The notes: generated by a model not told the origin, from the letters alone. Positions 42,811 to 57,700 are shown, counted from the stretch's first letter. The stretch: DNA of 64,000 nucleotides from Eledone cirrhosa (GCA_964016885.1 OZ024743.1:363940001-364004000), one strand, 5' to 3'. Translations and numbers: made by a program.

Positions 42811-43199
42811 ATATATATACACATATACATACATACATTTATGCACACACTCACCCACACACATACATACTTATATATGCATGTGTTTGTTGTGAACATT
42901 GTAGATAACGGATCTTTTATTCGTTTGAGGCACCAAATTGCTCCATACGCATTCGGAGAGTGTCTTGGATGGCGTTAACGTCCTCGTTTATGATGTAAAG
43001 CCCTGTAATTAATAAGAAAATAATCCCCCTATTTGGGGAATTTTCTTTTGTTTCTATTTTCGTTACATCCTTTGTTTTTATTTTATACTCATTTTTACAC
43101 GCAGAAACCCACATTATACAATTATATATTGTCCTTAAGGAATTTTTATGTAAACCCTTTGTGATCAATAAAGAAAACATTATTTTTTTTTTTTGTGCA

Positions 43200-44790
43200 T
43201 CATTATTGCTTTACCGAGCACAGCTCTGTGTGCCTTGAGTATGAGCAGTGTAGTTTTTGCCGGTGTTGTTTCTATTGTATTGATAGTACTTTTCGTAATA
43301 AGTGTGCAGTGCCTAGAGGTGCTATTTTTTGTATGCTGTATGTATTTGTAAGTCCTGGGGTTTTGGTTATGTATTTGTCTGTGTTTTTTATCATTCCCAG
43401 ACACCTATTATTATATGACTAGCAGAAAAACCGCTCTTTTCCTTCTAGCATGTGTAGTGTGCATATTATATTATACGCCAATATATATGCATGTAGATAC
43501 ATCTACAATCAGGCACGATCTTTTTTCCTTGTCAAAAACCACCAGGTCAGGCCTATTGTGTTCTAATTTCTTGTCTGTCTGTATCCTGAAATCCCATAGC
43601 ACCTTCACTCGATCGTTTTCTATCACCGACTCTGGTTTATGCTCATACCACTTCTCAGAATGTGGTAAATTATTTAGTTTTCATGAATGCCAGTGAATCA
43701 CCTTTCCTATTATATCGTGTCTCCAGCCTTTATAGTGAGCCTGGGCTAGGTGTTTACACTCGGATACGATGTGAGCCACAGTTTCCTCTCTCTTTCCACA
43801 GATCCTACAGAGTGGGCTAGTCTCCTTGTCAATATGGTGTTTCACCCACTTCGTTTGGGGTCTTGCTCCTGTCCAGCCAGTATCATTTCTTCTGTAGCTT
43901 TTTTAAGGTCTCCTCTTTTTAACCAGCTCCATGTCTGTTGATCTCTGAATTCCGTTTTTTTTAAACGGTGTTATGAAGTGTTTTTTCATGAAGGTTGCTC
44001 TTCCTCTTTGTTGTTACTTCCTTCTTGAACATCCCCAGTACATTTTCTCCTTCAGTACATTTTTGAGCATCGGCTCCCTACTCTCAGACAAATATTTGTG
44101 TAGACCGCTCTTCTCCATCTGAACACAGTCCTCTACGCTGATAAGACCTCTTCCACCTTCAGATCTCTTTAAGTAGAGTCTATCAACATCACTCCTCTTG
44201 TGGAACATGCTGTAGGTAGTCATTAGCCTCCTAGTCTATCTATCCATTTCTTTTTGTTCAGTAATATTCCATTTTGGAATTCCCGCTCTGTACCTAATAA
44301 TAGACACAGCTCGAGAATTTATTGCACTTATGAGATTGTTACTATTTAGATGTGATTTTAGTATGTTCCTTACTCTCCTTATGTATTCAGATCTTATCAA
44401 TTCCTTCATTCTGTTGTTCTTGATGCCATTTGCTTCCAGAACACCCAAATACCTGTATCCCTCTTTAGTGTCCATTTCCTTTATCATCTCACCTGTTGGT
44501 ACCTGGATTTTGTTGCTTCTGTTCAATTGACCCCTCTTCATCACTAGGACTCCACACTTATTAATACCAAATTCCATACATATATCATTGCTGAAAATAC
44601 GGACAGTGTCAACAAGTACATCCAACTCCTTCTCACTCTTCCCTAAGAGTTTAAGATCGTCCATGAAGAGGAGGTGGTTGATGGTAAGATCTCCTCTTCC
44701 CAGCTTGGATGCTGCTCTCACTTTTCGCAATATGAGGGACAAGGGTATGAGGGTAAAGACAAACAACAAAGGGGACAAACTATCGCTGGA
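43200..44790 (-). mobile_element. R4/Dong-type LINE fragments (RT, CCHC, RLE)
   Basis: DSLSPLLF, INHLLFMDDLKL, YRYLGVLE, RLYLKRSEGGRGL and HNRPDLVV. A second 3' tip lies at 43200-43415. Confidence 0.85.
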
Positions 44791-44794
44791 GATA

Positions 44795-47700
44795 CTTTTC
44801 CAGATCAAACCTGAAGAAATATAGAAAATCCTGAAGCAGATCCGCCTCCAAAGTGATGACTGAAATCAGCAGGCCGCACTGTTCATTTGCAGCGAAAAAA
44901 CACACTTGCGAGCCTTCTTCCCTCAGCTGTTGAAAAATGCAAGGGGTCAAAAGTTTCTGCTGCTCCCGACGCCGGGGCCTCATCGCGAAATAACAACACC
45001 AACAACAAAATCTGCAGCAGAACCAACAACAACTGCAAAGACAACCAAGACCACCCAGGGACCACTCCAAAGAAGCTCTCCCGGCCCCTCCCTCTCGAAC
45101 ACACACACACACATTGAAACACACACACCCATACACGCACTCCCACTTACATCTGACACAAACACAGAAACCTCTTCATCACTAAGCGAAGATTAGGAGG
45201 AACACCAAAAGCTAAAAAAGACAAAAAAGAAAACACAAGAAGAAATCTCACACACCAACACAAACAGCAAACAAAAAAGACACATTCACACCAAACACTG
45301 ACACACATACTACAACACCCTCCCCCGCAAAAACGCAAACGTCAACACAAACACCATCTCCACCAACAACACTACCACTAACACAAACAACTAAAAGAAA
45401 ACACACAGAGCAACAACTTACAACCACAACACCTAACTTCGTGTTAGTGAGGAAATCGAACACAAAACTACTGAACCTCATAACACGAAGTAAGGAAATA
45501 GAGAAAGAGGGGGAGGTATTTAACACCTGCACCTTCAAGGTGCCACAAACACTTTTGCTGGTGCGAATGGCACTAACCAATTATAAGACAATTAGGGAGG
45601 GCTTCCCCAACAACGTGGGAACACCCAGTGTAAAAGCCTCAAGTAGGCTTTTAAAGGGATTCCTCAAAGAAACCCCACCAACTATGGAGTTCGAACCACA
45701 CGACCTTCACAAGAGCACGGGAGGTAAGTAAACATTTCCTCTCTCTTTTAGCCTGCCAATATGGCCATATTAAGAGTAGGATGTTTAAATGTTCGAGGCC
45801 TGGGATCATCCTGGAAGCAGGGTCACCTGCTCAATGACCTCAGGTCTCTAGAAATGGATGTAATTGCCGTCAGCGAGACCAAGATTTCCGACACGCGTGC
45901 ACTAACCCCTATTTTCGACGACTATCAGATCTTCGCATCTGTTAGTCGGCCGGGAATGGGAGGTGGGTGGCAATGCTGTTTAGGAAAAGCCTGGATCTCG
46001 AGGTAAGGTCGATCTTCCGGGACCCGGACGGTAAGTTGGTGGTCCTGGATGTGAACAATAGCGAAGGTGGTGCCTTTAGACTGGTGGCCGTCTACGCCTG
46101 GGGCAGGACGGCCGGATTTCTTTAGACGCCTGGAAGCCTTTCTGGGTACGTCTCGCCATTTACTGTTAGCGGGGGACTGGAACGGCATCTTAGACGCACG
46201 CTGGGATTGTGTGGGAGTAACTGATAGGAGCGGGGGGTGGAAAAGCCTCAAGTACATGATCAGCAAGTTCCAACTGTCTGACAGGTACCGACTAGATTTC
46301 CCTAATGCGCCAGTGTGGACCTGGACAAATCGTTTAGGGACATCTAGATCGTACTTAGATAGGTTTCTAATTAGATTAGTGGATAAGGATAGTATAGGGT
46401 GTCCACAATTACATACGGTCGCCTATTTAGATCACAAGTTTGTGATCTGTATGGTCGACCTAGATAAGACGCGTAGATTAGGACCTGGTTACTGGAAGCT
46501 GAACATGTCGTTTCTGGAACGTAAGGCTTACAGGGACGGGGTCAACAATTTAGTTAAGAAAAAGTTGACAGGGGGCTCTCAAAAGAGAGATTAGAGTAAT
46601 GTCGATAGAGTTTAGCAAAGAAGTAGCATTAGAGAAAAATAGAAAGGAGGGGGGATGGATAAGTTTGACGAGGCTGTTTGTAGTGGCATTGCAACTAACG
46701 AGCTAGCGGCGAGAATGGCATTAGATCATTTCTTCAATGCGAAACACGAAGGTTGCATTGTCAAAGCTAAGGCGCCTGCTCTGAGAAACGAGAGGACCAA
46801 AGCTGTTCGATGGGCCCGCGTGGCAGAGGTGCAGCATGGTAATAAAACCACGATTCGGTCTTTGGCGGACCGAGACGGACACGAACTGAGCGATTCCAAG
46901 CGGATGTGTGAGGCCTTTCGCCAACACTTTGCTCGGTTGTTCGGGGGAAGTGGCGGGTAAGAGACGGTGGCGGACTTCAGTCCCTACCTCAATGGCTTGC
47001 CGCAACTCTCGACGGCCGACGCTGAGCGCTGCGAAAGGCCGATTACTTCAGCCGAGATTCAGGATACCCTTGTCGGCTGCATGAGGCGCAAGTCACCCGG
47101 TTTGGATGGTCTGGCCTACGAGCTTTACGTAAATATGCCAGACTTGTTCTCCGATCTCCTCAAAGCGCTCTACTACAACTGGTAGCAGAATAGGAGTACT
47201 ACCAGTTTAATGTGCCGGGGCGTAGTGATGCTGATAAGGAAAGACGAGAATAAGAGGGACACATTAAACAATTTCAGGCCCCTAACTCTGCTCAACACAG
47301 AGTTTAAGATTTTGGCCAAGGTGTTAGCGAAGAGGTTGGCGCTTGTCGTCGGGGATTTGGTTGGGGAGGCGCAAACTTGCGCAATCCCAACCACGCCCAT
47401 ACACGACAACCTCCACCTGATGCGATACATCATAGAGAGGGTAGCGTGTAAACCTGGCTTCGGTGGGGCTCTGATCAATTTAGATCAATCGAAAGCTTTC
47501 GATAGGGTCGACCATCGGTACCTGGAGGCTGTCTTCAAGGCGGCTGGCTTCGGCTCCGTCTTCAGAAGCTGGGTCGCTGCAATGCACAGCGGCATCTGCT
47601 CAGTGGTCAAAGTTAATGGCCACCTCTCGGAACCGTTTCAGATTTCTCGATTGGTCCGTCAAGGTGTCCTCTCTCCTCCCTTCTGTACGTATTGACTCTC

Positions 47701-49325
47701 GAGCCTTTACTGCGGAAGCCGGAGCTGTTGCAGGACATCCCGCTCGAACCAGGACGTGTCGGCTTATGGGGAAGACATCACCGTGATGGTGTCGGACACC
47801 TCAGAAATCGAGGTGGTCGGCAACTTATTGGAGGAATATGAAAGGTTGACAGGAGCAAAACTTAACCCGGAAAAGTCGGTGGGCTTGCAACTCAGCACCT
47901 GGAGAGGAAAGTCCATGCCGTCCAACAGCGTCGTTGGGCGCTGGACGGACGGACCGGTAAAGTTGGTCGGGGTTTGGTCCGGGCCAGACCTCCAGGTGGA
48001 TAAGAATTGGGAGGAGGTGACTGGCAGGGTAGCCAGTCTCACCCAGAAATGGGCTGCGAGGAAGTTATCACTGAAAGGTCGGGCGGAGGTGGCGAACGCG
48101 TATATGACGTCCGTCATCTACTACCGCCTGGCCGTCGTCCCTTACCACCGTTCGCGCCTCGCCAAGTTGGAACAGCTCCTCTTCAAATTCTTGTGGAGGG
48201 GTCAGGTTCCGTTGGTGAGGCGGTCCATCTGCTGCCAGCACCCTCTACGTGGAGGGCTGGGCATGCCGTGGCTAATGATGCGCAGACATGTGCTGAGGCT
48301 GCGGCATCTCCAGATATTCTGCCTAAACAGTGAACAGATGTGGTCACCGTTTGTCTGCGGGCCTTTCCGCAGCTCGTCTTTTTGACTTAGCTTCAGTCCT
48401 GGGTCAAGAAGAGACCGATACTGGGTGACTGGCAGCTGGAATGTTGCCAGGCACTCACTGCCCTCTACCAAGCGGGAAATGCGGTCAGTGAAAGTTCCAC
48501 TCTCGAGTGCTATAGAGGATTAGTGGTGGGCAAGTGCAACAACGACTCGGAAAGGGCGGCGACGAAGTCGAGCTAATCAGTTTGTTCCGGAGGACTTCCG
48601 AGCCGGGGACGATGGATAATTTCCAAAAATCCCTCGCTTGACAGGCATGGAAGTGCTGTCAGGCGGACCTACCCGAGATGCGCGCAGAGCGACGAAACCG
48701 TTCTGCACGCACTCGTCCAGTGTCCGTGCATTACTGACTTGTGGGATTATTTTGAATAGCTGTTGTGTAGCACGGATCCGGCTATCGGCCGAGTCCATAG
48801 TGAAGATCGACCCGCCGCCTTCTTTTAGCCAGGAAGGGCAGGCAATTTTCCTCTGTCTCGTGGCAGTAGCGAAAGAGGTTGTATAGTGGACCAGGTTGAA
48901 AGGACTGAAGACAGATACTTTTCTCTTCGGCCAATCCCTCATCAACTTTTTCAAGTTTCACCTGGAAAGGAAGGTGAGGGTGGAGAGAGAAGTGATGCCC
49001 CCCCTCCCCCCAGTAGATTTGTGGAAAGGTAGGCGAATGTGGCGAGAATGGCCTGTGTGAGTGGGCCAACTCTGATCATGCGCCTGTAGGTGGGTGAATT
49101 TGAGGAGGAGCGGGGTGCCCTGCCCGGAAGCTCTCGAAGCGTCGGGTCGTTCAATATTGGTGGGGTACCTGAGTGAACCCTGGGTGACCTAGAGGAATTT
49201 TTCTTGTATTTTTCTTGTTATTTTGTTATTGTTATTTATATTGTTTACACCTTGTATATGTAAACCCCCACTCTTCCTGTCTTTTGTATTGTCCCCTATA
49301 TGTCGGCACTTGTGACCAATAAATC
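44795..49325 (+). mobile_element. Tx1/L1-clade LINE, near full length, frameshifted
   Basis: ORF1 remnant, APE (LNVRGL, AGDWN, SYLDR, DH), RT (NFRPLTLLN, LDQSKAFDRVDH), 3' UTR and AATAAA. Confidence 0.92.
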
Positions 49326-49337
49326 AAACTATTATCA

Positions 49338-49503
49338 TTGGCAGTATCGGTAGAGGGTCGCTCCTTGCCATTCTGAGTTCAAATCGCGCCGAGGTTAACT
49401 TTGCCTTTCATCCTTACGGGGTCGATAACATAAAGTACCAGTAATGCACTGGGTAATTGCTTGCCTTGTGCCAAAAGTAGAAACAATTATTATTATTATT
49501 ATT
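49338..49503 (+). mobile_element. tRNA-derived SINE (short variant)
   Basis: B box, GCCTTTCATCCTTACGGGGTCGATAA core and (TTA)n tail. Confidence 0.85.
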
Positions 49504-49639
49504 GGTCTGTTCGGGCGTTTTTTGCTCTCTCCCAGTTAGTCGCTTTATTTGCCTGTTAAAATTATTTGTTGTTAAATATTTCTTGTTGTGTAAGGGATAT
49601 AAGCCCGTAGACTTTGCCCTGTGAATGGGGAAAGTATAA

Positions 49640-52600
49640 TATTTGGGCATTTTAACCCTATATTTCTGCTGTCGTGTGACACCGGCGTAAAATTTGAGAG
49701 GAGGGTTAGTGAAATTCATACAACAGACACCACCACAAACAACGTGAACAAAGACAACAACACAGAGAACACTAATTTTGAAAACATTACCACACTAACT
49801 ACAATAATAACAGCGTCAACCAAAATACAGACAACAGAAAAAAATTACAACAAATGCAACAACGATATTAACACCACTAACAAGAAAATAAACAACGACA
49901 ACACCACCAGCAACAATACAAATTGCACCGAAAACAATAACAACGGTGGCACCAAAAACACAACCAACTACAACAGTGATAACAGCAACAACACCAACAA
50001 GGCAGCAACAGCAACAATACCAGTAGCGGCAGCAATAATGGTGCGGCTGAAAAAGGGTCCACTTCTTTCGCTGGTGTGGACCGAAATATAGAAACAGTGC
50101 TAGTCACGGAGGAGGAGATGGCAGTCGCAAGAACCATGGTGTCGAGAAACGACAATAGAGTTTCCCTGAAACCTCCACCCTATTTCTTCAAAGACCAGCA
50201 ACTGCGCACGGTGACTTACCGCACCGTAAGCAAAATGTCACATCGGGTGGAGAGAGCCACGGAGGCTCAAATCCAAAAGGCCTTGGGGTGCGTCTGGGCG
50301 CGCAAAACTCACATCACCCGAGGCAAAAAGTACGCCACAGTATGCGTACTATTCGCCGCGAAGTCTCACTCTTTGGAAACCCTAAAGAATGAGGAGATAG
50401 TCTTGGTGTCCTCCTACTGCGGGCAGAAAATTGTGAGAGTCAAAGTGACCCAGGTCCCGCCCGACGTGCCCATACCTTGGCTGGCCAGACATCATAGACC
50501 TCGAAGAAGGGCCCCAACTCCCTATAAGCGTGGAAGGAAGGCGCCCAAAGTGCTATCTCTGTGGGCAGAAGGATCATCTCAGGGCCTTCTGCCCGCAGAA
50601 GGCAGCCAAGAAGAGTACCCCCCTCCTGCCGACACCTGATCCGCTGCTACCAAGAGCAGGGCAGGCAACAGAGGCAGAAGACCCTTCCATGGTGAGTAGG
50701 AGGGCACGTCCGTGGCACCCATACCAAGGCCACGGACAACTAAAGCAGCGGCAGCAGTGGCGGCAACACCAACAGTCGCAGTAGCTACACTGGCGGTAAA
50801 ATCGCCTGAGCGGGTTCCACTACCACCAACAGCAGTAGAGTTCATGCCCCTCCCGGACGCCGCGGGGTCCGACATGGAGTGTGAGGCGGGAGGGAAGTAG
50901 CAAACAGTCTGCCACAAAAAAAAAAAAAAAAAAAAAACCTTAGCTTCACCCTCCAAAAGCGAAGGCAGACAAAGAGGGGCAAAGGCTGCAAGGAGACTTG
51001 CAGCAACATCACCACCATCACCATCACCACAAAAAGCATCACCACCAACAACAACCACACCACCACCAGCATCACCAAAAACACCAACATCACAAACACA
51101 ACAAAACACACACACCCAACAGCAACAAGAAAACAGCAACAAAATCACCCTCCCCCCAAAAATACACAGCCATAAACATGGCAAATGAAGAACTCTTACA
51201 ACATATAAAGCAGCACACAGACATCACAGAAAAAAACTACTACACCACACCAACACCAAGAACTCTCCCGGCAAACATAAACATCATTGAAATCAAAATA
51301 GAAAATTACAAACTCTTAAAACAAAAATTCCCCAACGCAGTTGGAGACTTCAGAGGGTCGGTTACCAAGAAGATATACACTGACATCTTCTTGGAAACAC
51401 CCATGACCAGCCAAAGGGACGGTTCTACTGTCCCTTCACCACACGATCAAGGTAAGTGATCCTTTCTCACTTGCCCCGTTTCTCATCCAACATGGCCGTA
51501 CTTAGAATAGGCAGTATAAATGTACGTGGCCTGGGTCATCTTGGAAGCAGGGTCACCTGCTCAACGACCTCAGGTCACTAAACATAGATGCAGTGGCCAT
51601 CAGCGAGACCAGAATCTCCGAAGCATGAGCCTTCGCACCGATCTTCGGCGGTTACGTTGTATACGCATCTTCCAGCCGTGCTTTTTCGGAGAGGCTTGGA
51701 TCTCGCCATACGGGCCATCTTCCTGGACCCAGAAGGTAAGTCAGTGGTGCTGGACGTGACCAGCAGCGAAAGCAATGCTTTCAGGCTAGTAGCCGTCTAC
51801 GCCCCAACAGGGGCAGGACGGCCAGATTTCTTCAGACGTCTAGAGACCTTTCTTGGAACGTCCCGCTCCTTAGTGTTAGTGGGCGACTGGAACGGTATCT
51901 TAGATGCAGGCTGGGATTATGTGGGACTAGTAGACAGGGAAGGAGGGTGTAAAAGCCTCAACAACCTGCTCAGACGTTTTGAACTGTCTGACAGGTATAG
52001 ACTGGATTATCCGAATGTGCCAATGTGGACATGTGCAAACCGCATCGGGTCATCCAGATCGTATTTAGATAGGGTATTCTGTAGGGAAACATAAGGCTAG
52101 TGTAGGTTGTCCACAATTTAAAGTAGTCGACTAGACGGACCACAAATTTGTGATCTGTGAAGTTGGCTTAGATAGACTCCATAGGCAAGGAAGCTACTGG
52201 AAGCTGAACGCGTCGTTCCCGGCGCGTAAAGCTTACAGAGACTGGATTAGCGAATTAGTTAAGCGTGCATTGACGGATGCGATCGTCAACAACAGGTGGT
52301 GGTTTACTCTGAAAAGGGCTATTAAAGTAGAATCGATAAGGTTTAGCAAAAGAGTAGTGATAGAGGAAAATAGAGTAGAGGGAGAGTTAGTTAGAAAGCT
52401 AGAAGAGGCATTTAGGACAGGCATCACAACCGACTTGCTTGCGGCGAGATTGGCGCTCGACCAATTCTTCAACGCAAAGCATGAAGGCTGCGTTGTCAGA
52501 GCTAGAACGCGCGCTCTATGTACTAGGGGTAAATCTCCAGGTATGGATTCTCTGCTCTACGAGCTTTATGCGTATATGCCAGACTTGTTGGCGACCTCTT

Positions 52601-54862
52601 GGCAGATGTCGAATGCAACTGGCAGCAGAACGGGAGCATTCCCAATTTTGTGAGCCGGGGGGCGGTGGCGCTGCTGAGAAAAGACCCGAACAAGTGGGAC
52701 GTTATAGACAACTTCAGGCCCATAACTCTGCTAAACGCAGAGTTTAAGATTTTGGCCAAGGTGTTAGCAAAGAGATTGGCGCTTGTCGTCGGTGATCTGG
52801 TGGGAGAGGCGCCGACATGCGCCATTCCGGGCAGATCCATGAACGACAACCTCCACCTCATGTGATACATCATAGAGAGGGTGGTTTAGGAACCTGGCAC
52901 GGGTGGGGCCCTGATTAACTTGGATAAATCTAAAGCATTTGATAGGGTCGACCATCGGTACCTGGCTGCAGTCCTCGAGGCGGCCGGCTTCGGGCCCGTT
53001 TTTAGGGGCTGGATCGCTGTGATGCACAGCGACATCTGCTCGATTGTGAGAGTGAATGGTCACCTGTCGCAGCCTTTCAGCATCATGCGCTCGGTCCGCC
53101 AGGGTTGGCCCCTCTCGTCCCTCTTGTACGTACTGGCCCTAGAGCCTTTACTACACAAATTGGAGACGATGAGGGGGGTCCTACGCGAACTGGGATGCGG
53201 GAGATCCGTGTCAGCTTACGCCGACGACGTCACCGTGGTGGTGTCGAGCACCAAACACGTGCAGATGCTCGACAGCGCTCTCAAGGAATACGAAGCTGTG
53301 ACAGGAGCAAAGATAAACCAGGAAAAGTCGGTGGGCTTGCAGCTCGGCACCTAGGGAGGCAAGTCCAAGCCGTCCGACAGTGTCGTTGGGCGCTGGATGG
53401 AAGGACCGGTTAAATTGCTCGGGGTCTGGTTCGATCCGGAATTCCAGATGGAGAAAAACTGGAGCGAGGTGACGAGCAGGGTGGCATCTCCCACCCAGAA
53501 ATGGGCCGAGAGGAGGCTGTCTCTGAAAGGTCGGGCGGAGGTGGCGAATGCGTACATAGCGTCCGTCATCTGCTGCCGCCTGACCGTCGTACCTTTCCTC
53601 CGCCCAACTCTGACCAAAATGGAGCGCCTTCTCATCCGCTTTTTGTGGACGGGGCGTATGCTCATGGTCAGACGATCCATTTGCTGCCAACACCCGTTGT
53701 GTGGAGGACTAGGCATGGCGTGGCTGATGATGCGCAAACATGCGCTGAGGCTGCGACATCTCTGGTGCTTCCTTGACGGTGAACAGGTGTGGTTGCCGTT
53801 TGCCAGACGCGCTTTTCTCCAGCTCGTCTCTTTGACGGAGCTGCAGTCCTGGGTCAGAAAAAGACTGAGGGATAGCGCTTGGAAGCTGGAATGTCTCCAA
53901 GTGCTCACCGCCCTCTACCGGCTGGGCACTAGCATCGGTGGAACATCCACCTCGGCGTTCTATAGAGGGCTAGTGGAGGGAAAGAGCGACGACGTTCTCG
54001 GAGAGACCCTGGCCGTCGAAGACGATCAGCTGTTCGCTCTCTTCAAGTGGAATTTCAGACCGGGGCCTATGGACAACTTCCAGAAATCCCTGGCCTAGCA
54101 GTGCTACCGGGGAGTGTTGTCGGTTTGGTATAAGCTCTACAGGTACGTAGGTGCTGTCAGTCGAGCCTGTCCGAGATGCGCACAGGGCGACGAAACCGTC
54201 CAGCACGCACTCGTTCAGTGTCCGAGGATTGCTGACTAGTGGAACTATGTCGAACAGCTGCTGTCGCGTGTAGGATGGATCCGGTTATCGACTGAGTCCA
54301 TTGTGCAGATAGCCCCGCCATCCTCCTTTAAATCGGAGGAAGGGCAGGCAGTTTTCATCTGCCTGGTGGCCATAGCGAAACAGATTGTGTGGTGGACAAG
54401 ATTGAAAGGGTTGAAGACGGACACTTTCCTCTCCGGCCAATCCCTGATTAACTTTTTCAAGTTTCACTTGAAGAAGAAAATAAGGGTGGAGAGGCAAGTG
54501 CTTTCTTCTAGCAAGTTTGTTGAAAGGTGGGTGAAAGTGGTGAGTCTGGTCCGAGTGAACGGGACCGCTCTGAATATACACCTGTAGTTTGAGAAATGGA
54601 AAAATTGAGAGAGGGCGCTTGCCCTGGTGGTCAGGGTGGACGTGGTCTTTTGTGTGGTTTTCGCCACGAGTAACCCTCAGAGGTTTCCCCCCTATTAGGG
54701 AATTTTCATTTTTATTGTTTATATATATATATGTTTCTATGTCGTTTTTTTCTTTTCTTATATAAATAATAAAAATCTTGACACGTACAAAACCCACATC
54801 GTACCGTCATGTGCCACCTGTAATGTTTTTCTTGATGTCAGCCCTTGTGGCCAATAAAGAAA
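49640..54862 (+). mobile_element. Second Tx1/L1-clade LINE, frameshifted
   Basis: ORF1 with zinc knuckle CYLCGQKDHLRAFC, APE from ATG 51492, RT YADD, zf-RVT and AATAAA. About 300 bp is missing near 52520 relative to the first copy. Confidence 0.92.
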
Positions 54863-54864
54863 GC

Positions 54865-56880
54865 ATTATTATTATTATTATTATTCGTAATGCTTTTGTT
54901 CTGTTAGATGTTATACCATCACTATACCAAAGGAGCGAGCCATACCCAATGGCCAAATGTCTTTGGTGTCATTTCTTACCCTTCAACTTTTCAAACTCTT
55001 CTTAGAATTCTTGCTGTTCCCAGCAAGGCTGTTTTCTGCAACAATCCTGTCTTCATGGTAATTCCTAGTTTCTCAAACCATGCATATAACCTTCTACTAA
55101 CTGCTCCCAGTGCGCCAACAACAATCGGTACCACTTCTACGTGTCTGATTCTCCACAGTTTCCCGATTTCTCTCTTCAACTCCTGGTATTTCTCAACTTT
55201 CTCACTTTCCTTCTCATTCCCCCTGTGGTCCCATAGTGAACCCATATCCACAATACATGCTTTGTTATTCTTCTTTTCTACGACAACAATGTCAGGTTTT
55301 CTAGCCACGATAAAATGGTCGCACTAGATAGTCATGTCCCACAAGATCTTATACTGTTCATTTTCAGCCATCACTTTCGATTGATTTCCATCCCATTTCT
55401 CACTTCTGCTCATGTCATACTTATGACAGAGCTTCCAATGAACCAATATGGCAATGTTGGCGTGCCTTCTTTTCTACTCTTTCTGAAAAAGTATCTTACA
55501 TTCACTAATAATGTATTTATTGACTCACCTCTCAGCCTACAAAGTGGGGATCTCACTGACTTGTCAATATTGAACCTGATATAGTTCGTTCTCAGTGCCT
55601 GTTCCTGGGCTGCAAATATAAGGGCCTCAGTTTCAACTTTTATGTCACTTTTCCTAGTCCATTTCCAGTTCCTATCTTTTTCAACTATCTCGGGCATTTC
55701 AATCGAATTGACCATACATTATTTTCTTCTTGCATTTATTCAATGTGTCATTCCGTCTGTCTTGTTTAAATTCTCTTTCTTCCTTTGCTTCATCACTGTT
55801 TAGTACCTTTATCTTTCTTACTCCTGCCATCAATCTCTCCTTTGAATTCTTTGCATACCATACCAGATTATTTTCCTCCGACTTCACACACATTTCACTG
55901 CTAATGATACCTCTTTCTCCTCTCTGTCGTGGTAGATACAACCTGTCCTCGTCATTTTGGGGGTGTAGAGCTTCTTGTAGTGACAATTTTTCTGGTCTTT
56001 CTATCAAGCTTCTTAAGTCATCACATCTCCACTCTATCAAACCATCGCTATACCTTAGCACTGCAACAGCCAATGTCTTGATAGACAGTGTCTTATTCCT
56101 ACCACTTAACTTCGTCTTTAACACCAACTTCAAACTCCGTTTATATTCCTTTGATAATAGTTCTTTCTTTTCCTTCTATCTCATTTGGTTTGTTCGCAGG
56201 ATGCCTAAGTACTTATACACATTGTCGTCAATTTCCTTCATAACTTGTCCATCTGGTAATTCAATTCCTTCGATCTTATTAATTCACACTTTTTTATGCC
56301 AAATTCCATACCTGTCTGTACTGAATATATGAACTGCCTGTAGAAGGGAATCAATACGTTCATAGGATTTCCCATAAAGTCGTCTTTGAACAGTAGGTGG
56401 TTTATCTTAAACTCGCATCCACCCCACTCGTAACTAGCTTTTGACTTTCAATGAAAGTAGAACCATATACAGTACAAATAGCAATGATGAAAGACTATCT
56501 CCCAGAAATATTCCTTTCTTGATCTTCACAACTCTCAATGTTTCTCTACATGATATCAGCTCAGTCTTCCAGCCATTTATATAGCTCACTTCAAACTGTT
56601 TAACGTTAGCTGCAAATCCAAACATTTTCAAACATTTTACTATCCATGCTATCCATGTTGAAAGTCTAGCGGTAATCGATCCAAGCCATGGCAAGATTTG
56701 TGTCTCCTTTTTTCAATCTTTAAGGATCGCTTTTTCAATCAATAATTGATCCTTAGTCCACCTGCTTCTTCTACTACATCCCTTCTGTTCTGCAGGTAGT
56801 GTCTCCTCCAGATATTCATATATAGCCTCAGCAATGACACCTGTCATAAGTTTCCACATAAGAGGGAGGCAAAAGATAGT
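54865..56880 (-). mobile_element. R4/Dong-type LINE 3' 2 kb with (TAA)n tail
   Basis: GIFLGDSLSSLLF, ETEALIFAAQEQALRTN, ARKPDIVVV and LLQKTALLGTARILRRV. Confidence 0.88.
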
Positions 56881-57700
56881 TATTATTATTATTGTTTGTT
56901 CGCTAGAGATGTATTACAGCGTTAGCTGTTTACTACCAGTGCACTGAGGTAACACCCATGATTTTTCTAGAACCCACCGGAGTATTCGAGCTATCCCAAG
57001 CAATGCTATTTTTCTTTTTCTTTTTTTTTTTTACAAGTGATTCATCCGTATTGCAAACCTTATTTGTTTAATGTACTTCTCAAGATCTCTACTCATTGTA
57101 CCCACGACTCCAACAATTATTGGCTTCACCACTACCACCTTTTTCAGTGACCACAACTGCTCAATCTCCCAAGCCTATCTGTCACACCTACCAACCCTCT
57201 TTCCTTCCTCATCGCACACCCGGCCATCAGCTGGAGAGGCTATATCTATGATCCAACACTGTCTGCCCTCTTTCTCAATCAATACAATATCTGATCTCCT
57301 ATGCCCAATCTCACGGCCACATTGCATCACAAAGTCCCACAGGATCTTTACATCATCATTTTCTATAATGTCTTTAGAGTTATGTTCGTACCACTTTTCT
57401 GATCTGTCAAGTGCATAGTTGCCACAAAGTGTCCAATGGACTATCCTTGCTATATTGTCGTGACGTCTCTTATATTCTTTCTGAGCTAATGGTTTTATGC
57501 ATTCTTTGTAGGTATCCTTTGATAGGGACCCCATTTTCATCTACATGATTGCTCAAGTAGTAACACTCTATTTACTTGTTTACTCCAACTCCGTCGTGGT
57601 TGCTGGTCCATTGTTGGATAACTATCTGCTGATGCCGGACCAGGTACTCCAAGTCTGCCGGGCACGATACCTTCAACACCGAGGGTTCCAGTCCCATTAA
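56881..57700 (-). mobile_element. Internally deleted R4/Dong-type LINE
   Basis: LAQKEYKRRHDNIARIVHW..ILWDF..RSDIVLIEK is joined to an N-terminal-like RRSWSKQVN segment. Confidence 0.7.
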
